A stretch of 46,056 nucleotides of DNA, counting the filler, from Catajapyx aquilonaris (taxonomy: Eukaryota): assembly GCA_000934665.2 (NCBI GenBank). It is 2 parts of 2 records of this genome, joined end to end, with 100 filler letters (N's around TTAATTAATTAA, not from the genome) between each part and the next. Parts side by side here need not be neighbours in the genome. Positions count along the whole stretch, not along the records: positions 1 to 22,951 come from JYFJ02005787.1; 1 more part is not named here. One strand, 5' to 3'. This document shows positions 1 through 11,346 of the stretch, piece by piece. The notes below the pieces were generated by a model, which saw nothing but the letters and a program-made list of their open reading frames with translations, searched no databases and was not told the DNA's origin. A program made the translations under genes and the position numbers. Numbering within the stretch: position 1 is the stretch's first letter; every line of letters starts with the position of its first letter.

Positions 1-1545
1 AGACGTAATTAAAGCGATTCGCCGATTTTCGTCAAAATCTGACAACCCAAGGGTCAATTTTCCTTAAAAGCTCGGTGAATTGACATGGAATGACCCAATG
101 TTATTAATACATTGAACATTTACCTACTAGGTCCCGTAATGAAAATTTTAATAAAAATTATAGGAAAAAGCACAAAATTGAAAAAGTGAAAACACCAATT
201 TTTCCAGTTTCAAAAAAAGTGTTCCTAATTTCGCAACCTGCAGGAGGAAAGGTGTAAAAAAAAACATTTCTATTTGTGAATGCTTTAAAATGCTTGATTA
301 ATAACAATACAATGAAAACTGGTTTATCTGCATGATGAAAATGATAAGTTTTCCCTATTTGCAAAAAAATAAAATTATGCCGTTGAATAATCACTTGGTC
401 AATACAATCATATGAGAACGTTTTAACAGCAGGTAGTATACAGATGCACAAACGTTTTCTATGACTTCTTTCTTGAGTTTCCGCGAAATAAATTGAACTG
501 TCAAAATGAGCATGATAGTACGGTAGGTATCCGAAATTAGGAATAGCCTAGGTAGCCGAAATTAGGAACTAGACAACTTGCAGCCTGATGTCGCAACTTT
601 AAAACATGCAAACAAACAGTGTAAGCAACATCATAGGCTAAAATAAATGATTGAATAGCATGTCTTAATTTCTGGGAAATGATGGCCAATAATAGCATGC
701 GCTGCAGTCCACCTTAGAAACAAACTGGTGTCAAAGGTTGCACAATGCACGGATGTTCACATCAGTGCTGCCAGCTCACCAATCGCGTCTTTGTGACATT
801 TTACCACTGTCACCGGCAATTTGCAACACGTTACCACGGAGATAGCATGGTGGTCGGAATTAGGCACATGGTCAAAATATGGACCCCTTCCCCTAACTTT
901 AGAATATTTGAATATATTCAGCAAATATTTCTCCATTGGTTATACTGTCACTTAGGATTTATTGTACATTATATGCAACCATTAACAGTTCTAAATGATA
1001 AGTGTAAGTTTGACATAACTTTTAAAGTTTATTTTACACATGTAATGCATGAAACACTGTGGATAGATTCACAGACATCACCCTTGCCTTTCTTGAGGAG
1101 TGAAAGATTATTATTCCTGGTTTGCCTCTTTCTGGGTTCATATGTGATGCTTTTCAATGAGCTTCATTTTGCTTCTCTCTTAGGAACTGAGAGTGAAAAT
1201 AAATGCATAAAAATTAGTTGTATACTGAGCTATCAATTGTTGTAAGGTGAAACAGTTTCAGCAGGAGTTTCAGCTATCATGACTGGCTGCACATTTGCAT
1301 GTGATCATAAGACAACTGTTTATCATCTTACCAATCCGCCTCAGTGGTATCATACATGGCAACTTTCACCACATAGCAGGCAGATTATAAAAAGCCTAGG
1401 GGTGAAACTTTCTGAGAACTAATTCAGTTCTAAGTCAGAATAAGTGCTTTCTCACAATTTTATTGATTTCTAACAGTCCACTGCAATTCCAGGCCTCTTC
1501 AGTGATTTCTATTTACAGAAAGCCATTCATTTTGATGAATAATCT

Positions 1546-3300
1546 CTATGAAGGCACAGGAGAGCTTGTGAAGGTACTTGCTGTCCTTGGAGAGTTTTTA
1601 ATACCTTTTGGTACATCGTTATGAATTGCAGGTGACAACCGAGAAGACTTGATGGGTGTATTACTCCCAGAAGCTGCTGACCAAGATGAACCACTGGAAC
1701 CATGACTTGCTTTCACTCTGAAGCGCACTCTAATTGCTTTAGCTACTTTACGTGTGCAAGTAAACACAGCAAAGATGAACACTCCTTGCAATGTGTTAAA
1801 GAAGATGAAGAGGTACCAGAGTGGCATGAGATCTGTTGATGCAGCTACAAGACCACTTATCCATGTCAGTCCCATGATGAGGGCCATTCTAACATATAGT
1901 CTAAAGTTCCTCCGGGTAGGGCAACATGAGACAGGCTTCGCTAGGCCCCTGCTGGCATTGATAAGCACTCTTGCCGAATCAATAAAGAAGCCAAGGTTGC
2001 ACAACATGGTCAAGCAGAGTGGCACGGCAAAGAATAGTAGTAGTGCTGTTCTTTGTCCAAACCAGCAGAAATGGCGTCCAAACTGGGGTCGGATATAATG
2101 TGGCACATCATGTGTGTAGAGTAAATCAACTAAAACAGCTGAAGCTACCACAACTGCTGGAATTACCCAACCTATCAGAGAATACGTAAAAAACCGCACC
2201 CGTTGTGCGCCATTATTCACACGCAGTTCAGTGCTTGATCGCCGAAGTGTCTGCCAAACGTCAAAGGACATGACAAACATCCAACAAAATGCTGATAGGA
2301 AGCTGTAGTACGCCAGCACTGCAAGAGACACACATGCTGCTCCTGGGGGTTCCACCCATTGCCCAGCCAAAAAGCAGTTGTAACCCGCTAGTAGTGCCAC
2401 ACACAAGGAGGCCAAATTTTTCCCTGAGAGATTACGCAGTTCATGAATAAACAAAAAGGCTACCAAGTGAAGCAGCAAGCATATGACTGATATGCCTAAT
2501 CCAATAAAACTGATGTATCCCATGAGAGAGCCAAACTTAGACTTGACAGTCAATCCCACAGCACAGACTACCAGTCGGCCATCTGACTGAATCAGAAAGT
2601 GATCCTGAGGGAATTGTTTCCCATATGCGGGTACATGGGCAACTGTTCCATTGCTTTCTAATGTGTATTCATCAACATCAAGGAGGAATTTGGGGCATGA
2701 TATGAATTCTAGGTCTGACATAGTATCATTGTTAGACAAGAGATCACTGGGGTTAGTTGCATTTTCTGGGTTCACTGACACAAAGTCAGGGCCGTTCCAA
2801 GAAGAATCCTGTGTCGTGAAAATGTTGTCACTCGTTTCTGGTGCCCTAGTTGACACTGCAGGAATGCAATTCCCTTCGTGATAAACCCATCCCTCTTGGA
2901 CACATGTAACACTGCGACACTTCTGGAAGAAGGGGTCATACAGCTGATTAGGCTCACAAAGGTGCTCTTCTCCTACTGCAGTGCTGCTACCAAAATCCAC
3001 ATCCAGGAGGATGGCAAAGGCCACAGGATTGAACTCATTAACAAAGTTAAATCTTGGCATCAGATGCTGAGAACAGCTGAGACTGTGTGGCTCAATACCA
3101 TTGCACATGGCACAATGGACATTGCGATAGCGCTCATTCAGGTGGTACACAACTCCAGTATAAGCAGCACATTTGTCACGGACTTCATTGTCAGTCCAAT
3201 TGGACGGGCAGCTGCGCACAACATCTAGGCATGGTCTTACTATGTCTGATAAAGTTGCTGGCAGGGAAGGGTCAATGCTGCAAGTGGTCCAAGATCCATC
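1546..3300 (-). CDS. Methuselah-like (secretin-class/family B) GPCR, last coding exon: second Cys-rich repeat, Ser/Thr-rich linker, whole 7TM domain and Ser-rich C-tail
   Basis: The 557-aa ORF extends in frame to an acceptor ttttttcattcccactctAG|GAT at 3301/3300. Seven hydrophobic helices carry family-B motifs (ELRNLSGKNL, YSFLSAFCWM, GW..P, CWF, MGLTW, NTLQGVFIF). Stop TAG at 1546-1548. Confidence 0.93.
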   Translation of the reverse strand, partial: DGSWTTCSIDPSLPATLSDIVRPCLDVVRSCPSNWTDNEVRDKCAAYTGVVYHLNERYRNVHCAMCNGIEPHSLSCSQHLMPRFNFVNEFNPVAFAILLDVDFGSSTAVGEEHLCEPNQLYDPFFQKCRSVTCVQEGWVYHEGNCIPAVSTRAPETSDNIFTTQDSSWNGPDFVSVNPENATNPSDLLSNNDTMSDLEFISCPKFLLDVDEYTLESNGTVAHVPAYGKQFPQDHFLIQSDGRLVVCAVGLTVKSKFGSLMGYISFIGLGISVICLLLHLVAFLFIHELRNLSGKNLASLCVALLAGYNCFLAGQWVEPPGAACVSLAVLAYYSFLSAFCWMFVMSFDVWQTLRRSSTELRVNNGAQRVRFFTYSLIGWVIPAVVVASAVLVDLLYTHDVPHYIRPQFGRHFCWFGQRTALLLFFAVPLCLTMLCNLGFFIDSARVLINASRGLAKPVSCCPTRRNFRLYVRMALIMGLTWISGLVAASTDLMPLWYLFIFFNTLQGVFIFAVFTCTRKVAKAIRVRFRVKASHGSSGSSWSAASGSNTPIKSSRLSPAIHNDVPKGIKNSPRTASTFTSSPVPS

Positions 3301-3453
3301 CTAGAGTGGGAATGAAAAAATTATTTTATAACTGTTGATCCAGATCACATATAATTACATAGAATATTAATCACTTGTTCTAGATTTACTGTAGGCCTTA
3401 AATGGCACGAAGCATGGAATATAGCCTACCAGATTAACACTACGCCAATTCTG

Positions 3454-3770
3454 CGCGCCCACGGATGTTAAGGTCCCGGGTTCGATCCCAGCCCGGGGAC
3501 ACCCCCTTCATCTCGTGCAGAGTTTAGGGCCATCTCTGACTTCGTCTCGGGTGGTATTTCCTATAGACTAAACCACCCAGGGGAGCTCACAAAATGACCA
3601 CATATGTCATTGCACTGCACTTGCACATCCCCTCCTGTCGCTCCTGTCATCCTCCCTATCGCTCGCGGTACCCGGGCGTTACGGCAAAAGGACCAACTGT
3701 ATCAAGCTTGTACAAATTTAAGCATAAATAAAGGTACTGTGCCGATGCCCTAGGGCGGTGCACTAAACCC
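3454..3770 (+). mobile_element. tRNA-derived SINE (slightly 5'-truncated) in a GPCR intron
   Basis: Pol III B-box GGTTCGATCC near 3479. Exact 16-bp TSD CACTACGCCAATTCTG at 3438-3453 and 3771-3786. Confidence 0.85.
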
Positions 3771-4504
3771 CACTACGCCAATTCTGGTTCATTAAGAATT
3801 TCCAGTATCCCCTATTTGAAACAACTATTTGTTAATTTTTGACAGCCATGATAAAACAATGAGAAACCCAGCAGCAGTTGTTGATATCACATGAGCAGAG
3901 AAACCTTTCCTAAATCATTATGTGGGAGTTGGGAGGCATTGAAATTTTGGTGTAGAACGGAGTGGTATACCGGTATGCTGCCAAAGTCTGCAATTAAAGA
4001 GCAGGGGTAGGGTGTGCTGTATCGTTCCCTCAAGAAACCAGTTGATTAAAGATATGAAATTTGTTGGAAGCATCATTAAGGACTACAATCACTTATTGTG
4101 GTTGTTGCGTTTGGTCGCTGATACAAACACATGTCTTCTTCGCCTACCTCTATTATTATACGAACTTGGGCAGTTCCTCATTCATGGGCATGCAAGAGAT
4201 GTACACTAACTGTAATTCCAAAACAAAGAGATTTGACCTCGCACTTGTGTACCTGCTAATGAAGACAACAAATCCTGACTTGATGGCTCTTACAACAAAG
4301 TGGCCTTAACCAGGCAACAGTGCTTTAAAAAGCTACTTAGTGGTTTAAATAACTCAAACACCCCAAAATTGGACTAAGTGGATATCTCCTGCATACTGAC
4401 AATATACTGCATATGCAATTTTCCATAATCTTTGTTTGTGGACCATAACAGGATACAACCACTAAATAAAGTAAATAGTCAAATGCCCTGAGCAATTTTT
4501 AAAA

Positions 4505-4764
4505 GTACATGGTATTTGCAGCCTTCCACCTCTGCAGTTCCTGCATTCGATCCTCCTTATGCCAGACTGAGGATTTTATCATGTAGTAAGAGTTTCAATG
4601 GGTTCTCTCCATTCATGCAAGGGTTTTCTTGGGGTTCTCCCACTTCCTCCACAATAAAATCTATCAGCAGGGCAGAAATTAATTAAGTCGTGAATTTAAA
4701 CGAGGTTCCCCTAAAAGGCTACAGGCACCTCACGAGGTAGCATGTTGTTGTTGTTGTTGTTGTT
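4505..4764 (+). mobile_element. Degenerate tRNA-derived SINE with V-domain-like core and (TGT)n tail
   Basis: Decayed B-box CATTCGATCC; core GGGTTTTCTTGGGGTTCTCCCACTTCCTCCAC resembles the V-SINE central domain; microsatellite tail. Left boundary approximate. Confidence 0.55.
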
Positions 4765-4797
4765 AAACAAAAAAATGTACCCAGTAAATAGGCTTAC

Positions 4798-5079
4798 CTC
4801 TTGTTGCAGTGTCCAGGTAGCATTTCCTTCACTAAATGTTAACTTCTGAGCAACCACCATTGGGTTAATAGGACTGGTGGTACTTTTAAAATCCATGCAT
4901 TCAATTCTTGGGTGCCAGAAACGCAGCTTCTTCTCTGAGGTTTCCCCATTACACACAGCACAATGAATGCTGCGATATGTGATCCCTGTTGCTAGACTGG
5001 TGACAGGCAGCCTGGATATAACATCTCGACTAGACCTTTCCAACAAAGCTGCTTTGCACATCTGGCGTATCTTCGAATC
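4798..5079 (-). CDS. Same GPCR, middle coding exon (94 codons; first PVTS...TYRSIHCAVCNG repeat)
   Basis: Acceptor tatttttctAG|GAT at 5080/5079 and donor GAG|GTAAGC at 4798/4797. Phase 0 at both ends, so it joins the flanking exons in frame. Confidence 0.9.
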
Positions 5080-5196
5080 CTAGAAAAATAGGTTGATAGG
5101 TTATGCTTACATTCCATCTTGCATTAAATTCCTAATTAACTTCTGTGCAGAGAATTGAGTGACTGAAACTGAACAATCGAAAATGGAGATGTATAC

Positions 5197-5336
5197 TATC
5201 GGGTTCAAATACTTTTGGCCACTTTATCCTGGTCTTGAAGGAACCCGTCACACACACTCGCGTCCTTAACGTGGGGTCTGTGCGAAGGGTTGCTTCAAGA
5301 CCAGGATAAAGTGGCCAAAAGTATTTGAACCCGATA
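5197..5336. mobile_element. 140-bp hairpin MITE
   Basis: Perfect 44-bp inverted arms TATCGGGTTCAAATACTTTTGGCCACTTTATCCTGGTCTTGAAG, with imperfect pairing further inside. Confidence 0.8.
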
Positions 5337-5511
5337 ATACAACTGAATTCAATGGCAAGTTAATTATTGAAATTAATATAATTGAACATTGGATATAATC
5401 CAAAATGTTGAATAGAACTGAAATGGAATCGGCTATAAGTGAAGCAATGGGAAGGATTATTTTAGTGAATGATTTGAGTAAGGCATAAATATGTGACAGT
5501 TTTATCCTTAC

Positions 5512-5898
5512 CTGCCATTCTTGAGGACATTCAGCTTGCATGTAGATTTGTCCAAATTGGCGTAGTGGCACGCAGTTGAACCTGGTCTGCCAAGATGTTG
5601 GTGAGGGAAAACGATGGGCATCCACACAACAATCTGCATATAATGCACAATGATCATCACAGAAGCAGTTCCTTGATCTCCAGTCTCGGCCATCCCCCAG
5701 GCGGTCTGATTTTCCTCTCTCGCAAGTATCCTTCGGTGCACAAGTCTTGTTTGCAGTCACTAGGTCAGTGTAAGTCACCTTTATGCTGTTGACCATGGCA
5801 AAGATCCCAGTGACTAATAGAAAAATCCTTAAGCTGCACGTAGCCTGCATGGTGCTGTCAGGTTTCACCTTGATACTTGATTTTGATTCCAATTGCAT
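5512..5898 (-). CDS. Same GPCR, first coding exon: signal peptide and somatomedin-B-like motif
   Basis: ATG at 5898 with an in-frame stop upstream; the ATG at 5850 directly precedes the hydrophobic LRIFLLVTGIFAMVNS and may be the real start. Contains CFCDDHCALYADCCVD. Donor CAG|GTAAGG at 5512/5511. An upstream acceptor tttatttatttccacAG at 6018/6017 implies a further 5' UTR exon. Confidence 0.88.
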
Positions 5899-6879
5899 GC
5901 ACTGCTCTGTTGTTTGAACTGCCCCATTACCCTCAGTGACACTTTAGTTTGTCCTTTCTACACTCTTGCTGTGAAAATCTTGGGCAGGTCAATTATGCAG
6001 TGCAGGACGACTTGTTTCTGTGGAAATAAATAAATATTACTCCAATAAATCACAACCACTATTATTGTCTGACCAATTTAATGTCTGTGCATTAATAACT
6101 GGGAAGTCAAGTGCTAAAATTATGATTGAATATTTTCTAGAAACATTTAAACTTTTAAAAGGCTATCACCTATCAGTGTCCAACGTTTCAGTAGTTTATT
6201 CCCAGTAGTCTGAAAGGGAGTTGACTAGCCCAGACAAAAAGTTTCTGGTTTATACATATATAGATTCTATGATACAATTGCTTTAATGAGGGTTTAACAA
6301 ACTTCGTTCATTCAATTCATTCATCAATTCCTGTGTGAAGAATGGGTATGACGAGTTCTATGTCCAAACGTCCATGATTCCTCAAGAAACATCACGTAGA
6401 ATTTTACACATTTACACATTGGAAATGCATGCCAGGTATACCAGACTTGTGTGGAGGGTTGCGGCTCATCCAGGATGAATGGCTGAATGCAGTAGGCCTA
6501 CTAGCTACTACTATTGACCTGTATCTATTGGCATCATCTCTTTACACGCGAAAAGCACCTATATGGCTTCCCTTTGGGTGGTGCCTTGCTTCCCTCTCGG
6601 ATCAAAATAAGTTCAATCTCCGTACAGTAGTCTACAGTACCTGTCTACGGGAGGTGCCACACCTGGTGGGGAAGCACATACGGCTCGTTAAAATCTGCTG
6701 GCCTAATATGTTGCCATCGCAGTATGGCAGATGTGATGTAGGAAGAAGAGAAAGAGGCTAGCACATGAGTGTATACTTTAGTGCAGGTAAATCAAGTTTT
6801 GAGTTGGGTTACTTATTCCATTATTTTGATACATAATTTTCATACAGCCACCATACAGTTCTCATACGGTATATCATGG

Positions 6880-7620
6880 ATCAAGTGGAATGAGATCTTA
6901 TAATTGGACACTAATTGTGCAGATTTGCTTTTTCCCTGAAGATATAGTGAGAGAGGGTGGATGACTGACCTTGAGAAATACACTTTCCATTTTCACAGTT
7001 CACATTTACTTGTTAAATACTGCATTTACTTAATAACCACCATAATTTAGCAAAATTTGCACTTCAGGGTGGCATGGAGAGTGAAACAAGTCTCTATAGT
7101 ACCGGACATATCAGCCACTACTACTGGATGCCAAGGAACTGGCAGGGTCAAGGCAACAATCATTTTGTCTGAGCCAACTGAGGCAGAAGTAGCCTATCTC
7201 ATCAGTGTCAACACCCATGCTGCAGCATTCAAAACAATACATCGGTTCCATCACCTATACTGACACCGACCTTAGAGCAGCTGACATCTTGGTGACGTCA
7301 CTGCTGCCACCAGTGTCTTCCCCTGACACTTGGGATATGTCCATGAGTCAAGAGTCAGAGGATGGCAGAGGTAGGTTGCAATAGCACAGTAGGTGGGTTC
7401 CTTCTAACCTCATAGCAGCTCTTGAGAAGCAGACACGAGAGCAAAAGAAGGAGTGCAAGGCAGCACTACTGGAGCAGGGTAAGGGATATAAGCTAAAAAA
7501 TTATTGAGCTGGAAATGGAGTACAAGAAGAAGAAACGACAGCATAATAGACAAATGTCCGACCTGAAAATGAAGATCGAATGGAGAAAACATGATCACCA
7601 AATGAGAGTTCTACAAGACA
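6880..7620 (+). pseudogene. Possible decayed Myb/SANT-like gene of Harbinger-transposon type
   Basis: Broken frames give KWNEI, then GTGRVKATIILSEPTEAEVAYLI (like the TGGG motif that follows MSANTD domains), then a charged coiled coil IIELEMEYKKKKRQHNRQMSDLKMKIE. Many stops and frameshifts; resemblance only. Confidence 0.3.
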
Positions 7621-7930
7621 TGCATGACCTCATGATGAAGATATGTGAGTGATCATATCTCAGGAGTGTAGTTCAGTGGTGTACATTCACACATAATAAC
7701 TAGCTGATCAACCGACTTCCAACCTTTTTGTTTCACCACCCAGTTTTTATTTTAAAGTGGCACTGATCACTCTGAAGAGAAAAAAAAACACTTTGTGCCA
7801 TCAAGATTATTCGTGTTTTGAAGCTGCAGAATAACACTTTCAATCTTCTGATAAGCTACGTTCTACATGGACTGTGGACCATGTTCACAAGCAGCAGTGT
7901 CTCATTTGAAATAATGAAGATGTGTGGAAA

Positions 7931-8633
7931 TCTATATAAATAAAGCCGTTTGTGATCTGTCTGTCTGTCCGCCTGGAATGCCAACCGTCATTTGCATGCC
8001 ATCTGTGGTCCCCGTCCTCTACCCCAACCTCTCCCGTCCTTTCCGACCCAGCCTTCCTAACCCTTAACTACGTAGGTGGGCGAAACACCTTTAACTACGT
8101 AGGTGGAGCCTGAGAGGCTCCAATGGCATATTTAAATTTCTGCTTATCAACTAAATTGTTACATTGGACTTTTCACATACAGAAAGTGCAGTTCAGATCA
8201 TTAGGCTTCCGATAACGTCAAAATCACACGCTGAGTCAGCATATTCCGACAGGAAAAAATTCGTAATCAAAAGGTTACATCATGCTTGAGCCGCTCAGTC
8301 TTCACCTGCATAGGTATAGAGCCAGTATAGAGTCCAGGAGGGACCTGTTCCTCGTTACGAATTTTTTTAAACCAAACAATAGGGACTAAAATTTTTTTCT
8401 TTCCTTTTCATGCTTGGGAAGATTTTTCTGACAAAGTCACGGAAGGACAGGAGAAAATAAAATTCAATGAAAAAGTTACATGCGTTTAAATAGTGCTTGG
8501 AGCCTCTCAGGCTCCACCTACGTAGTTAAGGGTTTAAGATTCGTAATTACATGCATTTTTTTTGTTTTGGCCTGTCCTTTTCAGCTTGCTTTCCATTCAT
8601 TTCTTTCCGAGCAACGCGGGTGTCGCAGCTATA
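7931..8633 (+). mobile_element. Non-autonomous Helitron
   Basis: Starts A|TCTATATAAATAAA, has a (TCTG)n microsatellite, and ends with the hairpin CCGAGCAACGCGGG followed by ...CAGCTA (degenerate CTAG). No TSD. Confidence 0.7.
8061..8532. mobile_element. piggyBac-like MITE nested in the Helitron
   Basis: Terminal inverted repeats (TIRs) CCCTTAACTACGTAGGTGG / CCACCTACGTAGTTAAGGG with TAA/TTAA-like flanks. The left TIR is partly duplicated, and the inner copy pairs over about 33 bp. Confidence 0.75.
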
Positions 8634-9138
8634 CCTATGAAGGAGTTGTCCCTGGTGAATGGCACCTTAGTACTTCTTTACGTAGTCCTCCTGGAGTGTG
8701 ATTGTACTTCTCCCACAGTGATCCAGCTTTTTGTCCCTTCGCGAAAATATGACTTGTCTTGGTCATCCACCATTTACGGACAGCCTCCATGAGGGCAGCG
8801 TCACTATTGAAACACTTTTCTTCCAGGTGTCCTCAGAGTGTTGGGAACAGGTGATAGTCAAATGGTGTCACCTAACAATTTGGCACAATCAGACTATCAC
8901 CTGTTCCCAACACTACTGATAGAACAGGGTTTCAACAGTGACGCTTCCATCATGGATGCTGTCTGTAAATGGTGTGGTGACCAAGACAAATCATTTTTTC
9001 GCGAAGGGACAAAAAGCTGGACCACAGCTGGGAGAAGTTCATCACACTCCAGGAGGACTACGTAGAGAAGTGCTCAAGTGCTATTTACCTGGGAAAACTC
9101 CTTCACAGGTAGGCACGCTATTTATAAAACAGTCCTCG
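8632..9138. mobile_element. mariner-derived foldback element (two inverted transposase 3' ends)
   Basis: The right arm encodes SPNNLAQSDYHLFPTL...QDKSFFREG...WEK...DYVEK* and ends ...GTCCTCG|TA. The left arm is its reverse complement (about 230 bp). Confidence 0.85.
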
Positions 9139-11146
9139 TATATGCAGGTTATTGGTTTTTAAACAATGGACTGTCATATTGTCTCTATTTATATAAAAGG
9201 TAAACAATCATTCTATGAATGTCATGCCAAATGGTTGGATCCACACTAAGCAGAGATTTACTGCTAGTTTCTAGATATATTGCATCAAACTACTTCCTTG
9301 TACAGTATGCTTGTATTTGTGTCCTTTCAGTAATAAAGTTCTAAATTTCCATTACTGCTTATTCTTAAAGGCCACTGATATTTTTAATGCCCACATTTGC
9401 CTGTAACTTTGACCACCAACTAAATATTAATGGCCATCAAATATGTAACAGTTTAATTTTTATTCAAATTAATTGTCAAATGAAATGGTTTATTTCACAC
9501 ATCATCCTCGCCAACACTGTTTCTTTATCTGTGGCATTACCAGATAAATCAAAATAGAATTGGTGTGCATTGGTATGCAAAGCTGTCAATATCATTTTTT
9601 ATCAACTTCTGGGCATAATTTTTTTGTCACACTTAACATGGTTGGCTTTCATAAGTGGAGCAGTGTGTTAGGCTACATGGCAACCATTTTACATATCCAT
9701 CTTCAAACAGGCGTGTGTGTAGAACGAACTGTTACAAGTTTCTTCAAACTTAATCGATGCATCTGATACTTTATCAAGTGTTTTGAAAGCATATCTTGGA
9801 GATTTTGTATTTAAATATACTAGATTATATTTCTAAATTTTTGTCATACAACAGTTTTTCAGTCACTGCAGCACTAGTCAAAACCAAAAGTGACCCTGAA
9901 CCAAGCCCTGAACACAACATGGTATTGTGGCAACAAAACTATTTCTGTCTGCTTGATTTGCTGCTCTGTACACGATGACCAATGACTCTGTCAGGGGTGC
10001 ATTTGTGCACAAGAAAATAGTATGCGAGAAAAATCCCGTGCTTGATAGCCATAATCGACAGCATGGACTACCTGGTCATCTTTTTGTTTTGCCCACTGCC
10101 AGGTGGGTAACGCGGCCGCCTGATTGGTTCAAGTTGATTTGCGGCAGTTTGATAACAAACGAGATTTTCAAGCACATAATGGCAGGAAATTCTACGAGAG
10201 CTCATTTACACTCGTGCAGACAGGGTCACCAATGATTAATACATTGGTAGGGCCAGTTAGAAATTGACCAAAATAGGAGTTACAGCCTTTTGTAAATAAA
10301 CTCTTCATAATTATACGATAATGTATGTTTGCAGTTAGCGAAACCCGACAGGAGCCAAAATTCATTGAATCTAAACCCTTGTCTAAACCAGTCCTTGAAT
10401 CAGGCACATATTAAAACTTTTGATTATTCACGGCACTTCTTAATGCACAACGGACACGTGTTATTCCCCGACTCAGTCTGACACGAAAAAAAAGATGGGG
10501 AGGGGGAGAATATAGAAAAAGATCCGTCTTGTGAAAAGAAAAGACGGACCGTGAAGGATGTGATTCCCGCAACAACAGCTCTTGGCCGAGATGGAAAGGG
10601 AGAGCCGGAACCAAGAAAGAAAGTTTCGCCATAATTTGAAACGGGCGCCGGGTTTGAACTAAATGTATATAGCACATTGCTATTTACTGGGGAGAGCAGG
10701 GTTCAATTATGGTAAACATGTTCAAATCGATTGTGCTACATGGATTGCAAATGTGGTCTTTTGAAGAAAAAAAATTTACTCGCAAGACAAATTCCGTGCT
10801 GGACATTAATACAGTGTACTTATTTATATTTTCTTGATGTATTCAGACTTGCGTAAGTTGCGCCAATAGAGGAAGATATTATTTTCTTGTCAGGTCTGAT
10901 TGTGTGCCCCTTGTGTACTCAGAGGTCAGTCGAAATTCCATAATCTCCATATCGGGTATTTTAAAAACTAGCTTCTCGGAAGTAGGCTACTGTATTATAA
11001 CTACAGAATCAGCATTGGTATTTTTTTTACATGACATCACAGTTCAGAAGAACATTTGCTTAATATTGAAGTCTTACTATGAATGACACTCGAAAGAAAT
11101 ATGCTGAGTGCTTACTGCGACCCATTCATATGCTATTAGCACTTAC

Positions 11147-11346
11147 GTCATCATCCAGGAAACGGACAGTGCAGTTATTCAAACTTTGCATATTTACCGC
11201 CGGACACAAACGCAACGCTAAAGACCGTGTCAATACCACAAGGAGGTTCTTCAAAAGCTCTTAATTTTACGACCCCATCACTGTCGATCGGAATATATTT
11301 CCATTGACTAGAACACTAGACTATCACCAGGCCAGAGGTCATATAG
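11147..11346 (-). promoter_or_regulatory. Candidate non-coding first exon and core promoter of the GPCR gene
   Basis: Minus-strand donor GAC|GTAAGT at 11147/11146 in non-repetitive sequence, and a TATA-like TATATGA near 11340-11346 about 30 nt upstream of an initiator-like TAGTC. Motif evidence only. Confidence 0.3.

Noticed and set aside
745..1245. 166-aa plus-strand ORF
   Set aside because: No recognisable motif, and it lies antisense to the likely GPCR 3' UTR (minus-strand AATAAA near 1459, 1028 and 958).
1754..3338. Plus-strand ORFs overlapping the GPCR exon
   Set aside because: Antisense shadows of a real coding exon.
5266..5511. Hydrophobic C-terminal part of the 210-aa ORF as a transmembrane segment
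   Set aside because: It is read-through past the GTAAGG donor into AT-rich intron and a MITE. An intron-retained isoform cannot be excluded but has no support.
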